64,000 bases of DNA from Methanocellales archaeon (GTDB lineage: Archaea; Halobacteriota; UBA148; JAUWXC01): contig JAUWQV010000005.1 of the NCBI GenBank assembly GCA_030610945.1, positions 7,321-71,320 of the forward strand. The letters are read 5' to 3'. The notes beneath the pieces were generated by a model. The model did not search any database. It had not been told where the DNA came from and was given only the letters and a program-made list of their open reading frames with translations. This document shows, piece after piece, positions 58,629-64,000 of the stretch (position 1 is its first letter; each line of letters starts with the position of its first letter). The translations under genes and the position numbers were made by a program.

Positions 58629-59489
58629 ATGAAAGGCATGAAAGTGAAGGATGTTATGAGCTCGCCTGTACACGTGATTGCTCCAGAGGATACCATCGCG
58701 CATGCAAGACGTCTGATGCTCAGACACGAGATTAGTAGATTGGTGATTGTTGATAAAGAGAAACCCGTGGGGGTAGTCACGAAATCCGACCTGATGTGGA
58801 AACTTAGGCAGGCGGGGCCCATGTGGCGCAGGCGGCAAATTGATCGCACTCCAGTAAAGGTGGTGATGAGCGCAAATCCAGTCACTACATATCCTGATGC
58901 ATTACTGGAAGAAACTGAAGAGTTGATGCTGGAAAACAACATTGGCGGATTGCCTGTTGTAGATGATGGATTAATTGGCATGGTCAGTAAATTTGACATA
59001 GTTCGCCAGTTTTCCAACACTGAATCAAGAGTCAAAGTCGGGGATATAATGAGTGATTTTGTCGTAACGGTCCATCGTCATAGCTCGATAAATCACGTGA
59101 TTGATGAGATGCAGGAAAATGACATACACAGGGTAGTTGTAATGGAAGATGACGATACGCCAGTTGGTATCATCACATCCTCTAATTTGGCATTTATTGA
59201 ATTAGAAACTGAGAAGGGCGAGATGCCGGAGAAGAAGATAAAGATGACCAGAAAGGACAGTCCTGCCGGACGTAAACGATTCAGGGATATAGAAAAGAAA
59301 GGGCTCGTTGCTGAAGATGTTATGTCATCTCCTCTAATAACTGTGGATAAAAATGAGTTTGTGGTCAATGCTGCAAAAATGCTAATAGAACACAAAATCG
59401 AAGGAATGCCTGTGGTGGACGGGAGATTAGTGGGTGTTATCTCTAAGACAGACATTATCAGGATGCTTCACTCTGTTGCCACAGCTTAA
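58629..59489 (+). CDS. CBS-domain protein (two Bateman modules)
   Basis: Four CBS repeats. VKDVMSSPVHVI...GVVTKSDL...GGLPVVDDGLIGMVSKFDI. Confidence 0.85.
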   Translation: MKGMKVKDVMSSPVHVIAPEDTIAHARRLMLRHEISRLVIVDKEKPVGVVTKSDLMWKLRQAGPMWRRRQIDRTPVKVVMSANPVTTYPDALLEETEELMLENNIGGLPVVDDGLIGMVSKFDIVRQFSNTESRVKVGDIMSDFVVTVHRHSSINHVIDEMQENDIHRVVVMEDDDTPVGIITSSNLAFIELETEKGEMPEKKIKMTRKDSPAGRKRFRDIEKKGLVAEDVMSSPLITVDKNEFVVNAAKMLIEHKIEGMPVVDGRLVGVISKTDIIRMLHSVATA

Positions 59490-59510
59490 ACGAAAGTATG
59501 TTGGGGGTAA

Positions 59511-60335
59511 ATGATGAAGGGATGCAAGGTTAAGGATATAATGGCGGAAGCGCTAACGATTGACAAATCAGAGATGCTGTCACATGCCCTTGATTTGATG
59601 GAAAAACACGATGTTAGGCGCTTGTTGGTCACAAAAGATGGTAAATTGATTGGGGTGGTGACGCAGCGCGGGATTGCAAGGGCGCTTGGTACCCGAAAGA
59701 AGTCAAGCCTGCCGGCATCATCTTTACATGTGGCTACAGCGATGAGCGAACACTTGGCGACCATCTCTCCGGATGATGAAGCGGAGAAAGCCATTCAACT
59801 GCTCAAGGGCGAGGACATCTTGGCTGTTGTGAATGGTTGTCTGGTTGGATGGCTAACTCCTAATGAAGTACTCGCCATCATGTATCCGAAGGGGTATGCC
59901 GGGGAGATCATGAAACCCCCCATCACCACGATACCCAGTGAGAGAGTGGTGCACATTAGAAGGCGCATGTATGAGGAGGACATTGGCAGGATGCCAGTCA
60001 TAGATGACGGGCAATTAGCGGGGATGGTCACAGAAAGCGACATAGCAAGGGCGATGAGGGCATTCCGTGACATTGTCCCAGGGCATCAGCAGGAGACGAG
60101 GGTCAGGAATCTGATTGTCAGCGATATAATGAGTGTCAACGCCAAGTTTGTTCGGACAAACACGCCATTGCAGGAAGTTGTTGATGTGATACTGAAGGAG
60201 AATATAGGTGGCGTACCCGTCCTTGATTTACAGGATAATGTGGTAGGGATTATCACGCGCCGTGATATCATTAGGCATGGTAATGATTGTCAGTCCTCAG
60301 CGGTGAGCTGTGGTAAACTGCCATTCAACGCTTAA
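59511..60335 (+). CDS. CBS-domain protein (two Bateman modules)
   Basis: Four CBS repeats. VKDIMAEALTI...GVVTQRGI...GRMPVIDDGQLAGMVTESDI...GGVPVLDLQDNVVGIITRRDI. Confidence 0.85.
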   Translation: MMKGCKVKDIMAEALTIDKSEMLSHALDLMEKHDVRRLLVTKDGKLIGVVTQRGIARALGTRKKSSLPASSLHVATAMSEHLATISPDDEAEKAIQLLKGEDILAVVNGCLVGWLTPNEVLAIMYPKGYAGEIMKPPITTIPSERVVHIRRRMYEEDIGRMPVIDDGQLAGMVTESDIARAMRAFRDIVPGHQQETRVRNLIVSDIMSVNAKFVRTNTPLQEVVDVILKENIGGVPVLDLQDNVVGIITRRDIIRHGNDCQSSAVSCGKLPFNA

Positions 60336-60498
60336 GGCGCTGGGCTATTTATGTAACTCTGCAGCATCTTTTGTCTGCCTGACTCATCCTGCCGAGAATA
60401 TACTGTCCAGAACTCTTCTTTGTTCATATTACTGTCCCCTCCAGTTTGCACTATTCTTCCCCATTACTTATAACTATGGCATTGTCGAAACTGGTTAA

Positions 60499-61650
60499 TT
60501 AACTTTTTGGAGATACGAACGTTTCCATGCGTTCCATCGCCTCTTTTATTACATCTCTTGAGGTCGCATATGCGCATCGGATGAATCCTTCGCCGCATGC
60601 GCCGAATACATTTCCAGGTACGACTGCTACCTTTTGCTCCTTCAGCAACTTCTCTGCAAACTTCTCTGAACTCATGCCAGTGCTTTTTATTGAAGGGAAC
60701 GCGTAAAATGCCCCTTTTGGCTCGATACAGTCTAATCCGAGCGCGTTGAGCCCCTTAACAATGAGCCTTCGCCTCCTGTCATATTCCTTCACCATGGCAA
60801 GCATATCCTCTCTGCCGTTTTTCAGCGCCTCTATGGCTGCCATCTGTGCTGTGATGGGGGCACAGAGCATCGTATACTGGTGGATTTTTAGCATTGCACC
60901 TATTATCTCAGGCGTTGATGCAGCGTATCCAATTCTCCAGCCGGTCATCGCATACGCCTTGGAGAGGCCATTAAGCAGGATGGTCCTATCCTGCATGCCA
61001 TTTAACGAGGCAAAGCACGTATGCTTCCCGTCATATGTCAGTTTATCATATACTTCGTCAGATATTACGATTAAATCATGCTCCACGACCACATCTGCTA
61101 TCGCCTCCAAATCCTTCTTCTTCATGACTGCCCCTGTTGGGTTGTTCGGATAGCTCAATACGACCGCTTTGGTCTTGTCCGTTATTTTGTCCCTTATCTG
61201 CTCAGAGGTGACCTTGAAGTGATTTGATGGATCAGTTGCAACCGGCACGGGTTTTCCGCCAGCAAATACTACACATGGGCTATATGACACGTAGCAGGGC
61301 TCTACAACAATGACCTCATCACCCGGATTTGTGATGGCGCGTATTGCCAGATCTATAGCCTCGCTTACGCCGGCGGTAACCAGAATTTGATCCTCCGGAC
61401 TATATGTGATGCCATAGTCCGAGATGATGGCATGCGCTATTTCATCCCTTAACTCTTGCAGTCCCCAGTTGGATGTGTATGATGTATATCCCTTCTCCAG
61501 GGAGTAAATACAGGCCTCTCTGACTGGCCATGGTGTAACAAAGTCAGGCTCGCCAACGCCCAATGATATCACATCATCCATCCCTATGGCCATCTCGAAG
61601 AATTTTCGAATTCCAGATGACGGGATTCGTTGAACTCTCTTTGCTATCAT
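60499..61650 (-). CDS. Class I/II (aspartate-type) aminotransferase
   Basis: SGIRKFFEMA...ISLGVGEPDF...YPNNPTGAV...SKAYAMTGWRIGY. Confidence 0.9.
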   Translation of the reverse strand: MIAKRVQRIPSSGIRKFFEMAIGMDDVISLGVGEPDFVTPWPVREACIYSLEKGYTSYTSNWGLQELRDEIAHAIISDYGITYSPEDQILVTAGVSEAIDLAIRAITNPGDEVIVVEPCYVSYSPCVVFAGGKPVPVATDPSNHFKVTSEQIRDKITDKTKAVVLSYPNNPTGAVMKKKDLEAIADVVVEHDLIVISDEVYDKLTYDGKHTCFASLNGMQDRTILLNGLSKAYAMTGWRIGYAASTPEIIGAMLKIHQYTMLCAPITAQMAAIEALKNGREDMLAMVKEYDRRRRLIVKGLNALGLDCIEPKGAFYAFPSIKSTGMSSEKFAEKLLKEQKVAVVPGNVFGACGEGFIRCAYATSRDVIKEAMERMETFVSPKS

Positions 61651-62126
61651 AGGGTTATCGCCAACCTCTTGGACTCCTCTTTTTCATAAAAGATGTCGCC
61701 ATCTTGCTTGTATGTCTTGAGTATGAAATGTGTCATGGTGCCCTGTATGCTCTCCAGTGGCGCTATCTTCTCGGCGACGAAGAATGCAACATCCTTCATC
61801 GTTCTGCCTTTTGCCAATAGGGATAAATCATGGTCGCCAGAAATCAGCCTGGCCGATACCACTTCTGGGAATTTGGCGATGCGCTCCGCTATCGCATCAT
61901 AGCCGGTGCCCCTCTCGACCTGCACCTTTAACTCTATTATCGCATACACGTATTCCTCTCCAGCCTTATCCCAGTCGATTACGGTCTTGTATTTTCGGAT
62001 GATGCCATTATCCTCTGCTTCTTTGATCGCTTTTTCTACCTGGGACTTGGGGATGCCGGTCATGGTCGCAATCTCATCTATACTGGCCCTTGCGTCGTTT
62101 TCTAATATTTCAAGTATTTCCTTCAC
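61647..62126 (-). CDS. Lrp/AsnC-family transcriptional regulator
   Basis: ILEILENDARASIDEIATMTGIPKSQVEKAIKEAEDNGIIRKY plus a RAM-type C-terminal domain. ATGA-coupled to the aminotransferase. Confidence 0.9.
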   Translation of the reverse strand: MKEILEILENDARASIDEIATMTGIPKSQVEKAIKEAEDNGIIRKYKTVIDWDKAGEEYVYAIIELKVQVERGTGYDAIAERIAKFPEVVSARLISGDHDLSLLAKGRTMKDVAFFVAEKIAPLESIQGTMTHFILKTYKQDGDIFYEKEESKRLAITL

Positions 62127-62204
62127 GATTTTCGCCCCCGGAACGAGTAAATATTATATCACTATTACTTATATCTCTACTACTATCATACATGCGTGGT
62201 GCCT

Positions 62205-63434
62205 ATGAAACCAGCCTATCTCACAATGGATGACCTTGATGTGAACGGAAAAACGGTTTTAATCAGGCTTGATATTAATTCGCCGATAGACCCGCACACG
62301 GGAAAGATACTCGATGATAAGCGGTTCAGGAGCCATGCTGACACGCTGAAGGAATTGGAAGGGGCGAGAACCGTCGTACTCGCGCATCAAAGCCGACCCG
62401 GGAAAAGTGACTTTACTACAATGGAGCCCCATGCCAAACTCTTGGACAGAATTGTGCGGCAGGATGTAACGTATGTGGACGACATATTCGGCTCGCATGC
62501 CCAGCAATCAATTGACAAGATGGACGTTGGCGAGTTACTGCTCCTTGAGAATGTGCGGTTTTACTCGGAGGAAAAAATGGAGCGGAGTCCGGAGGAGCAT
62601 GCCGGAACGCATCTGGTTAGAAATCTTGCCCCGAAGTTTGATTTGTTTATCAATGATGCGTTCGGGACCGCACACAGGTCTCACGCATCCTCGGTGGGAT
62701 TCACGCCAGTGCTTCCATCTGCGGCTGGCAGGTTGATGGAAAAAGAGGTGACGACACTGAACAAGATTCTCACCAGCGCAGACCATCCATGCATCTTCGT
62801 GCTCGGCGGGACAAAGATTGAGAATGCGATCGACGTTGTGCAAAACGTCCTGTCAAAGGACATCGCCGATAAGGTGCTTGTTACGGGCGTTGTGGCAAAT
62901 GTGTTCCTGGCTGCATCCGGGGCGAAGGTAGGGGCGCCAACTATGCAAGTAATCGAAAAGCAGGGATATCTGGACATGATTCCCAAGGCGAAGGCGCTGC
63001 TTAAAAAATTTGGCAAGAAGATAGAACTGCCAGTGGATGTGGCGGTGAGTAAAAATGGCAAGAGAGTAGAGGTGAACGTCAAAGAGTTGCCGGTCAAGTA
63101 TCCCATTTTTGATATTGGTCTCGAAACAATCACGAAATTCTATGATGAAATTAAGAAGGCAAATATCGTGATCCTGAGCGGTTCGGCTGGCGTGTTTGAG
63201 GACGAGGAATTTGCGTTGGGAACATTCGAGACCTTGGAAGCGGCGACAAAATCCAAGTTTGCAGTCATAGGCGGCGGCCACAGCGGCGCAGCAATGCGGA
63301 AGGTGGGACTGGAAAAGAAGGTTGCGCACATGAGCACAGGTGGAGGAGCGTGCATTGAGTTCCTTGCCGGAAGAACGCTGCCCGCGATTGCCGCGCTGAA
63401 CGAATCCGCGAAACGATTCAAATCCAAGCGATAA
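62205..63434 (+). CDS. pgk: Phosphoglycerate kinase
   Basis: VLIRLDINSPID...VLAHQSRPG...NDAFGTAHR...STGGGACIEFLAG. Confidence 0.95.
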   Translation: MKPAYLTMDDLDVNGKTVLIRLDINSPIDPHTGKILDDKRFRSHADTLKELEGARTVVLAHQSRPGKSDFTTMEPHAKLLDRIVRQDVTYVDDIFGSHAQQSIDKMDVGELLLLENVRFYSEEKMERSPEEHAGTHLVRNLAPKFDLFINDAFGTAHRSHASSVGFTPVLPSAAGRLMEKEVTTLNKILTSADHPCIFVLGGTKIENAIDVVQNVLSKDIADKVLVTGVVANVFLAASGAKVGAPTMQVIEKQGYLDMIPKAKALLKKFGKKIELPVDVAVSKNGKRVEVNVKELPVKYPIFDIGLETITKFYDEIKKANIVILSGSAGVFEDEEFALGTFETLEAATKSKFAVIGGGHSGAAMRKVGLEKKVAHMSTGGGACIEFLAGRTLPAIAALNESAKRFKSKR

Positions 63435-63465
63435 TTTTTATGTTTAGTCTCGTCATATAGATAAT

Positions 63466-63584
63466 GCCTCGGTGGCTCAGCTTGGATAGAGCGAGTGACT
63501 TGTAACAACCAACCTTTTTAAGAAAAAGGTGGATCAAAAATGCAAGATATCACTAGGTCGAGGGTTCAAATCCCTCCCGAGGCT
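63466..63584 (+). tRNA. tRNA-Thr (anticodon UGU) with a 44-nt intron at 37/38 (63505..63548)
   Basis: Acceptor GCCTCGG/CCGAGGC with discriminator U. D-arm GCTC-AGCTTGGATA-GAGC; anticodon stem AGTGA/TCACT; loop CTTGTA|intron|A; T-arm GAGGG-TTCAAAT-CCCTC. The BHB central helix CTTG:CAAG is flanked by 3-nt bulges. Confidence 0.85.
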
Positions 63585-63696
63585 TTGAACTGGAAGATTA
63601 AAGTCCCTGTTTGAGGGACTGTAGTCTTGATATAAATCAAGAGGGGGCAGTGTTAAACCAACGAATTTTTGTATGTTTAGGCATAAGTAGAGCGTG

Positions 63697-64000
63697 ATGG
63701 AAAGAAAAATTTTAGATGAGTTTGCAAAGAAGCTCACGAAAAGGTTTGGTAGACGGGTTAGAAAGGTGATTCTCTTCGGAAGTGCTGCGAGAGATGAGAT
63801 GCACAAAGAGTCGGACATTGATATTCTCGTCGTGGTAGATGAAAAGGATGATGGGATAACGAGGCATATCGAAGATATCGCTTTTGATATGATGGAGAGG
63901 ATTGGAGTGCTGATCTCCCCTATAGTGGTAGGAGAGCGTGCTTACACCGATATGCACAAAGAGCGATACCCCTTTATAGTGAATGTGGAAGAAGAGGGGG
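63697..64000 (+). CDS. Nucleotidyltransferase-domain protein (MNT-type, minimal NTase; likely antitoxin of a HEPN/MNT pair), 3'-truncated by the window edge
   Basis: MERKILDEFAKKLTKRFGRRVRKVILFGSAARDEMHKESDIDILVVVDE (the G-S-x10-D-x-D NTase motif). Confidence 0.75.
   Translation, partial: MERKILDEFAKKLTKRFGRRVRKVILFGSAARDEMHKESDIDILVVVDEKDDGITRHIEDIAFDMMERIGVLISPIVVGERAYTDMHKERYPFIVNVEEEG

Overview
Archaeal chromosome segment, about 45% GC. It looks Methanosarcinales-like or ANME-like, judged from SepRS, class-I LysRS, a Methanosarcina-type cobamide operon and rRNA features. This taxonomic call comes only from motif recognition; no database search was possible.

Contents, left to right:
- A partial NMT1-like binding-protein gene.
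- tRNA-His followed by a complete rRNA operon: 16S, tRNA-Ala, 23S, tRNA-Cys, 5S, with long processing stems.
- About 70 densely packed genes, many translationally coupled through ATGA overlaps.

Functional themes:
- Ribosome rescue and translation: pelota, an NFACT/RqcH-like protein, ABCE1, aRF1, LysRS, SepRS, ArgRS, Taw1.
- Polyprenyl-phosphate-linked glycosylation: four GT2 enzymes, a UPF0104 flippase-like protein, an SMR-like flippase, GT-C-like membrane paralogs, a catalytic/non-catalytic cis-prenyltransferase pair and a DUF92 protein.
- Late and salvage cobamide steps: cobY-cobS-cbiZ/cobZ-cbiB-cobD plus two GATase-less CobQ paralogs, divergent from btuFCD, a wHTH gene and cobT.
- Riboflavin genes (ribB, and ribK with an HTH domain).
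- A five-gene tandem array of CBS-domain proteins, divergent from a GTPase-DUF2073-DUF2072 operon.

No CRISPR array, transposase or integrase was seen.

Most notable observations:
- Two conserved-looking genes (Taw1 and a small wHTH ORF) have essential N-terminal coding sequence upstream of any ATG/GTG/TTG. Each has an in-frame CTG preceded by an SD-like GGTGGT/AGTGGT.
- All four tRNA genes carry introns, and the His and Thr introns share a 27-nt module.
- A low-GC orphan gene (50351..51493) has a PD-(D/E)xK-like C-terminal domain.
- Twin palindromic operator-like sites lie in the divergent cobamide promoter.
- The CBS array.

Coordinates of RNA ends and some start codons are hand-derived and approximate.
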